From the NCBI GenBank assembly GCA_050250895.1, contig JBFWNU010000001.1, positions 288,001-352,000 of the forward strand: a stretch of 64,000 bases of DNA. Direction: 5' to 3'. Below the pieces are notes generated by a model that saw only the letters and a list, made by a program, of their open reading frames with translations, searched no databases and had not been told where the DNA came from. Each line of letters opens with the position of its first letter. Positions within the stretch are counted from its first letter, which is position 1. The DNA comes from Vulcanimicrobiota bacterium (GTDB lineage Bacteria > Vulcanimicrobiota > Xenobia > Xenobiales > JADMJV01). Positions 8,991 through 18,230 of the stretch are shown here, piece by piece. The position numbers were made by a program, and so were the translations under genes.

Positions 8991-10433
8991 TTAACGACAA
9001 CCGGTGGCAGGCAAATAGGTGCCGGGCCGAACCGACGGGCGGACGGGGCTCACCTCGGCTTTGGTGGCCCCCTCGCCGGTCGCTTCGACCGAACCCGAAA
9101 CGGGCTCGACGGTATAGTCGGCACGATGCACGAACTCGAACTTCTGGCCGCTATAGTCGATTGTATAGTGGGCGAACAGCACCCGACCGCCGGCCGGGCA
9201 GGGCACGGTGCGCGCATAGCGCACCAACTTTTCTTCAAACAATCGAGGGTGATATTTCTGGGCCGTGAAGACCGAGGTCAGCGCAATCGACTCGGCCACA
9301 TGCAGGTAGCGTCCCAGGTTGCGGGCGTCGACCTTGCCGGTATACTCGTCTCGCTGTCCGTGCTGGTCGACGATGTAGACGCGCACGAAGAAGTCGATCA
9401 CATCCACCGAGAAGACGCGCCAGATGATGATGCCAAAGGCGCTGGCCCAGCGCTCGAGAAAGGCTTGCCAGGGTCGAGCCAGCGGTCGCCCCTCGATGAA
9501 GTTATACCACTGGCAGAACTTGGCCGGACCGAGCAATACCAGATACATCAGCAAGAAGCCGGTCAGGCCGGCGGCCAGCCAGGCCGGCAGGATGGGCAGG
9601 CTCTGGTGCACCTGAGTCTGATGGACGAACTGAGCCAACCACAGGTCAAAGCGACTGCCGGCGGGCACAAAAAGCAGACCGGCCGTCATGACCATCGGCA
9701 GCAAGAAGGCCAGGCGAATCTGGGTCATCACGAACAAGAACGAAAGCGCGATGGCCAGCGCGCCCACCCAGCGGGTGGGAGGATAGAGCATCAGCAGGCC
9801 AGCCGCAATCTGCACCCGGAATGCGCTCTGATTAAGAAAGCGATAGATGGGGTGACCCGGGTCGGTGTGACGATAGAGCTTCCAGAAGCGGCCCCAGAAG
9901 GGATTGGCCAGGCCCAGTTGCATACCGGCGTTGCCGGCATAACCGCAGACCGACTTGTAGCTGCCGGCACACATCTGGATGACGGCGTAGTCGACCTGGA
10001 AGACCAGCACGGTGGCGGCCAGGACCCAGCCGTTGAGGTCGAGATAACGACCCACTTCCAGGCAGAAGACGCAGGCGGCCAACCAGTAGCAGAAGAATCC
10101 CGGTGCGCCCATTCCCCGTAGCAGACTGCTCCAGCGGGTATGAACGTAGTAATACCAGCAGATGCCCAGATTGACGGCGGCGAAGACCACCGTATCCACG
10201 CCGCGGATGAGCATGGCTGCCGAGACCAACCACAGGCCCGTGAGCAACGTGTGCGCGAAAGGGTTCTCCAGTAGCTCGGTGTTGCGATCCCCATAGCCAC
10301 CCCAGCGGGTGCTGCGATAGAACCATCGCCCCGGCAGGGCCGTCCATAGGATGGTACCGACCAGCAGCCAGCCGTAGGCCATTCTGATGACGGCCTGGGT
10401 GGTCGGTGAGAGAACGGGCAGCAAATCAGACAT
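8991..10433 (-). CDS. Polytopic membrane protein, HTTM-like
   Basis: Multiple TM segments; Q-x-x-Y...AG-x-x-K segment (FQVDYAVIQMCAGSYK); start MSDLLP overlaps the upstream stop. Confidence 0.65.
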   Translation of the reverse strand: MSDLLPVLSPTTQAVIRMAYGWLLVGTILWTALPGRWFYRSTRWGGYGDRNTELLENPFAHTLLTGLWLVSAAMLIRGVDTVVFAAVNLGICWYYYVHTRWSSLLRGMGAPGFFCYWLAACVFCLEVGRYLDLNGWVLAATVLVFQVDYAVIQMCAGSYKSVCGYAGNAGMQLGLANPFWGRFWKLYRHTDPGHPIYRFLNQSAFRVQIAAGLLMLYPPTRWVGALAIALSFLFVMTQIRLAFLLPMVMTAGLLFVPAGSRFDLWLAQFVHQTQVHQSLPILPAWLAAGLTGFLLMYLVLLGPAKFCQWYNFIEGRPLARPWQAFLERWASAFGIIIWRVFSVDVIDFFVRVYIVDQHGQRDEYTGKVDARNLGRYLHVAESIALTSVFTAQKYHPRLFEEKLVRYARTVPCPAGGRVLFAHYTIDYSGQKFEFVHRADYTVEPVSGSVEATGEGATKAEVSPVRPSVRPGTYLPATGCR

Positions 10434-10947
10434 GGGTGTCCTCCGGTTCGGGGGGAATCTTTTCGAAGGAAAAGGTACCAAAGAGCAGGTCGCCCAGGGG
10501 GCAGACTACGTTGTAGTTGACGCGGGCCCGGCGATGGTGGCGGCGGTGATGCTCGCACAGAAAGCGAAAAAGAGCCACGTTGCCCAGCCGCGAGGCCGAA
10601 TGCATCGCCCAATGGAGCAGCTCATAGGTGATGATATAACCGGCCGTGCCGATCACGGCGCCCAGAGCCCCCGCCTGCCCGCCCAGCCAGAACCAGAGCA
10701 GATAGTAGGGAGTGTTGGCCAAAAAGACCACGGGCATGTAGGAAGTCTCGAACAGGTGGTACTCGCGCTCGGCCTCACACTTGGCGTAGTACTGGCCGGG
10801 AGCACGGCGATGGGAGTGGTGCTCGAGAGTGTGGCGGCGAAAGGCCAGTTTGAAGCGCGGGTCGTGCATGATGTGACGGTGGATGATCCACTCCAGCACG
10901 CTTCCGAAGACGCCGGTGGCCAGCAGGGCGAGTAGAAATTCCTTCAT
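10426..10947 (-). CDS. Sterol desaturase / fatty acid hydroxylase family protein
   Basis: His boxes EWIIHRHIMH, HTLEHH, ELLHWAMH, HHRRHH, followed by NYNV. Confidence 0.88.
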   Translation of the reverse strand: MKEFLLALLATGVFGSVLEWIIHRHIMHDPRFKLAFRRHTLEHHSHRRAPGQYYAKCEAEREYHLFETSYMPVVFLANTPYYLLWFWLGGQAGALGAVIGTAGYIITYELLHWAMHSASRLGNVALFRFLCEHHRRHHRRARVNYNVVCPLGDLLFGTFSFEKIPPEPEDTHV

Positions 10948-10992
10948 TGCTCGACCCTAGCCGGTGGTCGGCCGGGTTGTATTTGATCGCGG

Positions 10993-13155
10993 TCAAGTGG
11001 CCAGGCGCTGCTCGAGATGCTCGCGGATGCTGGCCGGAGGGTCGAGCGCCAGCAGCTTCCGGCAACACTCGGCCAGGCCTGCCTTGCGTCCCTGGCTATG
11101 GAGAATTTCGACGGCCGTCATCATCAGGGGCACGCTCTCGCCATCCTCGGGCAGATGCTCTTCCAGCACATCGGCCGCCTCGGGCCCACGGTTGAGATAA
11201 TCGAGCAGGCCAGCCAGCTCGTGGAGAGCCCCTCGGTGAGCCGGGTTCAGTGCCAGGGCCTTACGGTAATGCTCGACCGCCAACTCGTCGCGATCGTGCC
11301 GATTGTATAGTCGCCCCAGCCGAAAATGGAGCGTGTCTGACTCGGTGTTGGCCAGTCGGGCCTCGAGCCGCTCGATGTCGAGCAGTTCGCCCTCGGAGGC
11401 CCGCATCGCCACCGGCAAGGTGATCTCCCAACGCTCGGCTACGGGGCCCAGGGCCCGCGCCCGCACCCTCTCGTAGTCGTCAACCAGAGACGAAGCCGGG
11501 TGCTCCGGCTGCAGGTCCAACTCTATCCGCTCGGGCGGTTGGATGCCCAGGATCGCGAGCTGTTCACTCAGCACGGGATGGGTGTCGAGCCAGGTCTGCT
11601 CCTGCTCGAGGGCCCGCCGATAGGCCTTCTGCACGGCTTCGTCCGAAGCCTGACCCACCTCGCGCAGGGCCAACCTCACCAGATCGCGCTCGCTCTCGGC
11701 CTGGCGTATCTGCCGGCGCATCACCGTCCCGATAGCCTCGCCAAACATCCGGCTCACCACCGCCAGCTTGATCAACAGGCGGGCTTCTATCTGCGGATCT
11801 ACTTGCTGATGGGCCCGGGCGTCGGCGGCCCGTTCGCAGTGGCGAATATAGACCTGGGCCCGCACCAGAAAGCGCGGGATGTACCACTGGGCAAAGGAAG
11901 CGAAAGAGCCGAACCCGCCTTCTCCTCCGACCGAAGCCCCAACCCGGGACCAGGATTGGACGGTTCGATAGATACGTAGCGACCTGGGATCGTCGTGACG
12001 CAAGTGAGCCAGTTCATGGGCCATCACCGCCTCGAACTCCTCCACATCGGCGATCTCGAGCAGAGGCACCCCGGCCATCACGACGCGCCGATAGTCTCCT
12101 CGACCTAACTGGCGCTCGGTGGCGGCAGCGTTGACCTCGTCGTTGATCACGAACAGATCCACCCTGGGGGCCCCGACCTTGTGCCCCAGCTCGTCGAGCC
12201 AGGCATACAACCTGGGCGCCTGATCGCGAGTGAGGCGAACGGGAGGCAGATCGTCGCCTTTGGGAATGCGAAACCACGAGGTCACGCTGTTCCATAGCGC
12301 CGCCATCAGGCCCAGCCCAACCACCAGCAATTTGGCTCCTTTGGCCAGAAAGAGTTTGAGGGCGATCCAGATGGCGACCCCCGAGTGGGCCTTGGCCGCC
12401 GCCACCACCAGGCCGACCGCCCCCGTTATCACGGCCAGCAGAATCAGCAATCCTCCGGCCATGGCCAGCTGCCCCAGGAAGACCCATCCTAGCAACATGC
12501 GCCAGTAGCCCGCCGGGTTGCGCTCGAGGCTGGCCTGTAGGTCTCGGGATTGCGCGAGCATCGCCTTCGGGCTCAGCTGGTGATCAAACTCGATGCCTTC
12601 CTCGGCTTGTTCGCCGGCTTGGCCCGCGTCGAGAGCCTCGAGGTCCTGGCGCTGCTTGGCCAGCAACTGGGCGCACTCCGGGCACAGACGCTCGGGACCA
12701 TCGTGATACTCAAGCCGCGCCTCGACCTTTCGACACAGTTTGCAGAAGCGGTCCCCCGCCGGGGCCCCGGCCAGGATGGCGGCGCTCAGTTGCCGCATCA
12801 GGCCCGCCAGGGCGGGGGCTTTGGGCGGTTTCTCACTCCAGGTGTCGGGTAGCACCAGTTGTAGCGCTCCGTCTTCCAACTGAAAGCGATTCAGATCGAA
12901 CTCGCCTTTCGCCTGGCGCAGGCTGGCGGCCAGTTCTAAGTCCTGGTCGAGTCGCCGGCGACACTGGTAGATGCACTCTCCCTCGGGGAAGACTCCGATC
13001 ACGATGGCCGGACCGGTCGTGCTACCGAACACCGCGAAATCGAAGTAGCCCAGTTCGCCCCAGACGACCTTGACCCCGGCCGTCTGTCCGTCGGTGACGG
13101 TAGCGCCCAATTCGCTGGCCAGACCTTCATACCAGCTCTTACCAAAGACTCCCAT
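10993..13155 (-). CDS. M48 (HtpX-like) zinc metalloprotease with CxxC pair and C-terminal TPR
   Basis: EVNAAA, AVMAHELAHL, ERAAD, DTHPVLSEQL; TM segments; TPR-like end (ALALNPAH). Confidence 0.85.
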   Translation of the reverse strand: MGVFGKSWYEGLASELGATVTDGQTAGVKVVWGELGYFDFAVFGSTTGPAIVIGVFPEGECIYQCRRRLDQDLELAASLRQAKGEFDLNRFQLEDGALQLVLPDTWSEKPPKAPALAGLMRQLSAAILAGAPAGDRFCKLCRKVEARLEYHDGPERLCPECAQLLAKQRQDLEALDAGQAGEQAEEGIEFDHQLSPKAMLAQSRDLQASLERNPAGYWRMLLGWVFLGQLAMAGGLLILLAVITGAVGLVVAAAKAHSGVAIWIALKLFLAKGAKLLVVGLGLMAALWNSVTSWFRIPKGDDLPPVRLTRDQAPRLYAWLDELGHKVGAPRVDLFVINDEVNAAATERQLGRGDYRRVVMAGVPLLEIADVEEFEAVMAHELAHLRHDDPRSLRIYRTVQSWSRVGASVGGEGGFGSFASFAQWYIPRFLVRAQVYIRHCERAADARAHQQVDPQIEARLLIKLAVVSRMFGEAIGTVMRRQIRQAESERDLVRLALREVGQASDEAVQKAYRRALEQEQTWLDTHPVLSEQLAILGIQPPERIELDLQPEHPASSLVDDYERVRARALGPVAERWEITLPVAMRASEGELLDIERLEARLANTESDTLHFRLGRLYNRHDRDELAVEHYRKALALNPAHRGALHELAGLLDYLNRGPEAADVLEEHLPEDGESVPLMMTAVEILHSQGRKAGLAECCRKLLALDPPASIREHLEQRLAT

Positions 13156-13215
13156 CCCCGGCAATTCGCGCTAACGGACCTTTCCCCCGCCCAGCCAGCC
13201 GCTCAGCTCCGCGCG

Positions 13216-14913
13216 TCAGAAACCATTTTGGCGCAGCCAGGCACCCAGATCATCAGAGACCGACTCCATGTAGCGCGCTTCGCCACGAAAGACGTTCTTC
13301 TCGAGAAACTCCGCCGTTTGGGGGTCATTCTTCCTAATGGCCAGGCCTCTCAATTGGTCGCGGGTGGGCCAGGTGGAGGCCACCTGCAACCAGGATTCGA
13401 AGGCCGGCAACTCCTTCCACTTCTGGTTCAGGCAATCCATGAAAGCCTCACGGTTGGGCTCACTGACCCCATGAACCAATCCCCACAGAGCCATGCCCGT
13501 TGTATCCTCGTCGCTTTCGGCCAGCACCTTCACCAGACGCCGGGCCACGCCAGGGTCGCCGTTGTTGGATAGATCGACCAACAACTCACGGGCGCGGTCT
13601 TTGCCTGGTCGCGTTTCAAGCTCGCTGATCAACTCCTCGGCCTTGCCCTCCAGAACGGCTTTGAACGGGCCCGGCTTTACACTTTCCAGGGCTGCTCGGT
13701 CACCGTTGCGGGCCAGCAGGCGGGTGGTCTGCTCGGCCAGATGCGGACGGTGGAGAGCCGGCCCAGCCGCCTCGAGACGCTCGAGCCCGGGTCGCAAAAG
13801 GGTCCTGGCGAAAGCCTGAAAGGCCTCTCGGTCCGCCGGTCTCACCCGGCAGCGACCCAGGTAGTCCGATTCGGTGTTCAAAAATCCGAGGGTGCTGTCG
13901 TCGGCCTGCCTTGACAGCTTGAGGGCCAGGTCGAGAAAGGTGCCGACCTTCGCCTCGCCGTGGCGAACCAGGCGCCACTGGTTGGCGGTCAGGGCGAATT
14001 GCTCCTCGTTCTCTAGCTTGTCGAAGTCCTGCTCGCAAAGCTGAGTGTCGGTGCGATACACCCCTTTGCCCCCGGCGTTGGGATAGGCCCACTTGACCTG
14101 GCCCACCGCCGGTAGCTCGACCCTGGCCTGCGGCTCGCAGAGCATTACCCGGTGGGTCTTGACGCCCTGCGAATCCTCATAGCGAATAGCCACGGGAATG
14201 ATCCAGCGCTGGTCGTAGGTGCCCTTCGAATCGGGATAGAGCTTGAAGGCTTCCTGACTCAAATCGAGACTACCATCGGGCTCTAGCTTCGAGCGCACCA
14301 TGGGCAAGTGAGGTTGGGCGAGCCAACCGTCCATCACCTTGCTCCAGTCGCCCGGGAGGCTGGCGAACAGGTCACCGGGGGTGGCCGGACGGCCGTCATG
14401 AGCGGCCACGAACCTGTCGATGGCCCGAGCTAGCCGGTCCGGCCCCAGGTAGTCGTCGACCATGTCGAGCAAAGCGCGTGTCTTTGCCGCCGCGAAATCG
14501 GGCCACTGGTTCCACGTGTCTTCAACCAGCGAATCGGTCACCGCGAAGGGCTCCTCGGCGATTCTCCAAAGGGTACCGGCGGTGCGGCGGGTCTCCATGG
14601 CGCGGGTGTGCCAGTCGGGACGAAGGTCGCCGATGGCCCGGTCAGCTCGCCAGTCGGCCACGGCCTTCCAGAAGTGCTCGTGCTTGGGTTGGGAGGGAGT
14701 CACCTGGTTGGCCACCCAGCTCTCGACTGCCTGACGAGACTGCTCGATTGCTACCGCCGGGACAACCCCCGGAACGAGCAAGTGGGCGCGAAGGTCGGGG
14801 AATGCGACCTCACGGACAGCCTGCAACCGAGCACTGTCGGGCGAGTTGGGGGCGCCAACGGAAGGTCTGGTCGGGAAAAGGGAACGAGGCGTGAGAGCTG
14901 GACCAATCTGCAT
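13216..14913 (-). CDS. M1 aminopeptidase-like protein (ERAP1-C region) lacking HEXXH
   Basis: LLDMVDDYLG...ATPGDLF...VMDGWLAQPHLPMV...WIIPV...NAGGKGVYR match the M1 C-terminal half; no HEXXH present. Confidence 0.8.
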   Translation of the reverse strand: MQIGPALTPRSLFPTRPSVGAPNSPDSARLQAVREVAFPDLRAHLLVPGVVPAVAIEQSRQAVESWVANQVTPSQPKHEHFWKAVADWRADRAIGDLRPDWHTRAMETRRTAGTLWRIAEEPFAVTDSLVEDTWNQWPDFAAAKTRALLDMVDDYLGPDRLARAIDRFVAAHDGRPATPGDLFASLPGDWSKVMDGWLAQPHLPMVRSKLEPDGSLDLSQEAFKLYPDSKGTYDQRWIIPVAIRYEDSQGVKTHRVMLCEPQARVELPAVGQVKWAYPNAGGKGVYRTDTQLCEQDFDKLENEEQFALTANQWRLVRHGEAKVGTFLDLALKLSRQADDSTLGFLNTESDYLGRCRVRPADREAFQAFARTLLRPGLERLEAAGPALHRPHLAEQTTRLLARNGDRAALESVKPGPFKAVLEGKAEELISELETRPGKDRARELLVDLSNNGDPGVARRLVKVLAESDEDTTGMALWGLVHGVSEPNREAFMDCLNQKWKELPAFESWLQVASTWPTRDQLRGLAIRKNDPQTAEFLEKNVFRGEARYMESVSDDLGAWLRQNGF

Positions 14914-14919
14914 CGGTCA

Positions 14920-14952
14920 AGGCTAGTCGCAATTCATGAAAAGAAGCTGAAA
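14920..14952 (-). promoter_or_regulatory. TTTCAG-N5-TTTCAT-N10-TAGCCT promoter
   Basis: Same geometry as the other boxed promoters; ATG 6 nt downstream. Confidence 0.65.
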
Positions 14953-16649
14953 CTGGCCGACGCCCCGCTCAGCCAGGCGCCCAGGTCGCCGGCTACCGGG
15001 TCCATATAGCGAATCTCGTTCCGAAAGACTTCCTGGTCGAGAAACTCCAAAGCCTGGGCGTCATTCTTCGCTTGGGCCAGTTCGCGCAAATGGCCACGAG
15101 CGGGCCAGCCCGCGGCCACTCGCAACCAGGATTCAAAGGCCGGCAATTCTCTCCAGTTCTGGCTCAGACTCTCCATGAAGGCCTCACGGTTGGGCTCGCT
15201 GACGCCAAACGCCAACCCCCAGACGGCATTTGCGGCCGTATCCTCCGGGCAATCGGCCAGCACCCTCACCAGTCGCCTGGCCACCTCAGGCTCAGCGGTG
15301 TTGGACAGATTGACCACCAGCTCGCGAGCCCGGTCCTTGTCGGGATGAGTTTCCAGTTCGCCGATCAGGGCCTCGGCCTTGCCTTCGAGAACCGCCTTGA
15401 AGGGGCCCGGCTTGACCTGTTCCAGGGCTTGCTGGTCGCCGTTGAGAGCCAACAGGTCCGTGGTTTGCTCGGCCAGGCGGGGGCGGTGGAGAGCGGGTCC
15501 GGCCGCCTCGAGACGCTCGAGCCCGGGGCGCAACAGGGTCCTGGCCAGAGCCTGAAAGGCCTCTCGATCCTGGGGGTTCACACGACAGCGTCCCAGGTAG
15601 TCTATCTCGGTATTGAGCAAACCCAGAGTGCTGTCGTCGGCCTGCTTTGACATCTTGACGGCCAGGTCGAGAAAGGTGCCGACCTTCACCTCGCCGTGGC
15701 GAACCAGGCGCCACTGGTTGGCGGTGATGGCAAACCGCTCGTCGTTCTCTAGCTTGTCGAAGTCCTGATCGCAAAGCTGAGTATCGGTGCGATAGACCCC
15801 TTTGCCTCCGGCGTTGGGATAGGCCCACTTGACCTGACCCACGGCCGGCAGTTCGATTCTGGCCTGCGGCTCGGAAAGCATTACCCGGTGGGTCTTAAGG
15901 CCCTGCGAATCCTCATAACGAATCGCCACGGGAATGGTCCAGCTCTGGTCGTAGCTCCCGTCTGAATCGGGGTAGAGCTTGAAGGCCTCCTGGCTTAAAG
16001 CGAGGCTACCATCGGGCTCTAGCTTCGACCGCACCATGGGCAGGTGAGGTTGAGCAAGCCAACCGTCCATCACCTTGCTCCAGTCGCCGGGCAGGCTGGC
16101 GAACAGGTCACCAGGGGTGGCCGAATGGCCCTCCTGGGCGGCCACGAATTTGTCGATGGCCCGGGCCACCTGGTCGGCACCCAGGTAGTTGTCGACCATG
16201 TCGAGCAGCACGCAGGTCTTTTTTTCGGCAAACTCGGGCCAGAGGTTCCACTTGTCCTCAACCAGCGAATCGGTCACCGTGAAGGGGTCCTCGGCGATAT
16301 CCCAGAGGGTGCCCGCGGTCTGTCGATTCTCCATGGCGCGGGTGTGCCAATCGGGACGAAGGTCGTCGATAGCCCGGGTGGCGCGCCACTGAGCGACCCC
16401 CTTCCAGAAGTGTTGATGCTTGGGGTCGGCGGGAACCACCTGGTTGCTCACCCAGCTCTCGACCGCCTGACGGGCTTGCTCGATGGCGACGGTGGGAGCC
16501 ACCCCGGGCTTTAGCAGGGTGGCTCGAAGGTCTGGGAATTCTTTTGCCAGATCGGCCTGCAGCTCGGCCCTGTCAGGGGAAACCGTGGTAGCGACCGAGG
16601 GCCTGGAGAGAAAAGGCGAACGAAGCGAGAGAACCGGACCGATCTGCAT
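14934..16649 (-). CDS. M1 aminopeptidase-like protein lacking HEXXH, tandem paralogue
   Basis: Colinear and highly similar to 13216..14913 at protein and DNA level. Confidence 0.8.
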   Translation of the reverse strand: MQIGPVLSLRSPFLSRPSVATTVSPDRAELQADLAKEFPDLRATLLKPGVAPTVAIEQARQAVESWVSNQVVPADPKHQHFWKGVAQWRATRAIDDLRPDWHTRAMENRQTAGTLWDIAEDPFTVTDSLVEDKWNLWPEFAEKKTCVLLDMVDNYLGADQVARAIDKFVAAQEGHSATPGDLFASLPGDWSKVMDGWLAQPHLPMVRSKLEPDGSLALSQEAFKLYPDSDGSYDQSWTIPVAIRYEDSQGLKTHRVMLSEPQARIELPAVGQVKWAYPNAGGKGVYRTDTQLCDQDFDKLENDERFAITANQWRLVRHGEVKVGTFLDLAVKMSKQADDSTLGLLNTEIDYLGRCRVNPQDREAFQALARTLLRPGLERLEAAGPALHRPRLAEQTTDLLALNGDQQALEQVKPGPFKAVLEGKAEALIGELETHPDKDRARELVVNLSNTAEPEVARRLVRVLADCPEDTAANAVWGLAFGVSEPNREAFMESLSQNWRELPAFESWLRVAAGWPARGHLRELAQAKNDAQALEFLDQEVFRNEIRYMDPVAGDLGAWLSGASASFSFFS

Positions 16650-16683
16650 ATGTTGAGATTAGTCGGCGCTCGTTATCAGGATG

Positions 16684-17892
16684 TTAAATCAAAGGTCCAG
16701 CAAGATCCGCTTGAACCTCGAGCTGGTGGTCTCCGATGGTGACCACCTCTTCGCTCACGTCCAGGGCGGCCTCGGCCGCAGGGCGGGACCGGCGGCTCCA
16801 CACCTCGGAAAGAAGCTTGATTTCTTGAGGCTTGAGCTCGGCTCGCCAGGCCGCCTCACCCAGCCCAAGACGGGGCGAGACCCTCTCTAGCTTGGTCAGC
16901 ACGGGCTCCAGGGCCGCCGTCTGGCCCGCGTCAAGACCCAACGATTCGGCCTTGAGTTGCCGCAGAGCCGCGGCCAACGCGAATTGCGAGGCCTCGGGGT
17001 TGGCGGCATACTCCAGGCGGTCGAGGCGTTGTTCCCAGTTGGGATGCACGTACTTCCACTGCTCGAAGCGGCTGTGTCCTATCCGTCCCAACACCGCTCC
17101 GGCCGCTGCCGTGCCGGCCCCGGCTAAACCGGCGCCCAGCCAACCGGCGCCTAGAAGATGCGTGCCCACGCCCACGGCCAAACCGGCCCCCAGCGACAGT
17201 GGCCAGGTGTATTCGGCCAGCTTGCCCAGGGTCTCGATGCGGCGCTGCTCGACTTGCAGTCCGCTACGCAGACGCTCGAGCGGCCTCTGGGCCAACCCGC
17301 GCTGTTGAAACCATTGAAAGTCTTGCTCGAGCAGGCCAGCCTGGCGAGTATGATAAGGGCTGTTGTGAGCGCGGGCCGATTCGGCCAACTCAGCCACCGT
17401 GCCCGAGGTCTTGGACTTGACCGGCGGCCCTGGCGCGCCGGGGTGGTCGGCCAACACTTGCTCGACCTCGCCCAGAGCCTTCAGCTCCACCTCGGCCAAC
17501 TCGGCTGAATTCTTAGCCAGAACCGAAGCCCCCAGGCCGGCCATTGCGCCCACCCCAAACCCGGCAGTCCAAATCTCGGGTGCCCCCACGGCCCCGACGC
17601 CGTGGGGAAAGGCCGCAAAGGCCGCCAAAGAGCAGAGCCCCGCACCCACCATCATGGGCCAGCCGGGCTGGGTGGCCAGCACCTTGCCCAACCCCACCTT
17701 GAGGTTGCCAAGCCGGCGCATGGCTTGCAGGTCCTTGCCCGAATAGCTATCGAGCAGCAGGCTATTGACCACCAGGTCACGGGCCTGGCGAATCTGGCCG
17801 CGGTCTTCTAGAGCGGCCACCGAGGCCGCCAGACGCCGCTGGAAATCGGGCGCCTTGCGCTTAGCGTAGTATGGCTTGCTCGGAATCTGCAT
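16684..17892 (-). CDS. Hypothetical membrane protein with Gly/Ala-rich hydrophobic hairpins
   Basis: Two pairs of Gly-rich TM segments; MQIP N-terminus; C-terminal EEVVTIGDHQLEV motif. Confidence 0.75.
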   Translation of the reverse strand: MQIPSKPYYAKRKAPDFQRRLAASVAALEDRGQIRQARDLVVNSLLLDSYSGKDLQAMRRLGNLKVGLGKVLATQPGWPMMVGAGLCSLAAFAAFPHGVGAVGAPEIWTAGFGVGAMAGLGASVLAKNSAELAEVELKALGEVEQVLADHPGAPGPPVKSKTSGTVAELAESARAHNSPYHTRQAGLLEQDFQWFQQRGLAQRPLERLRSGLQVEQRRIETLGKLAEYTWPLSLGAGLAVGVGTHLLGAGWLGAGLAGAGTAAAGAVLGRIGHSRFEQWKYVHPNWEQRLDRLEYAANPEASQFALAAALRQLKAESLGLDAGQTAALEPVLTKLERVSPRLGLGEAAWRAELKPQEIKLLSEVWSRRSRPAAEAALDVSEEVVTIGDHQLEVQADLAGPLI

Positions 17893-17950
17893 AGGGTTCG
17901 AGCAAGATGAGCCTTTTCAGACTAGCCGAGACCGCCTAAAAAACCTGACA

Positions 17951-18208
17951 TCATTTGCCGAACATCCTGGCCAAAAAGCCGCTCAGGCGCTGCCAGAAAG
18001 AGAGCGGTGCCTGGGCGGCCAGGGCTGCGTCGCGCTGGGCGATGAGGCGCTTGAGCAGGGTCTCGGGTACCCGCATGAAGTGCCCGCAGAACAAGCACTG
18101 GTGCTCAGCCCCACCGGCTAGTTCATCGAGGTCGAGGTCGGTGACGCGCTGACGGCAGTTGGGGCAGGCGGGTGCGGCCGCCAGATCCACTCGGGCGAGG
18201 CGTTCCAT
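17951..18208 (-). CDS. Small zinc-ribbon protein
   Basis: CPNC...CLFCGH; AGAGGT RBS; amphipathic C-terminal helix. Confidence 0.7.
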   Translation of the reverse strand: MERLARVDLAAAPACPNCRQRVTDLDLDELAGGAEHQCLFCGHFMRVPETLLKRLIAQRDAALAAQAPLSFWQRLSGFLARMFGK

Positions 18209-18230
18209 ACCTCTTTCTTCGCGATAGGCG

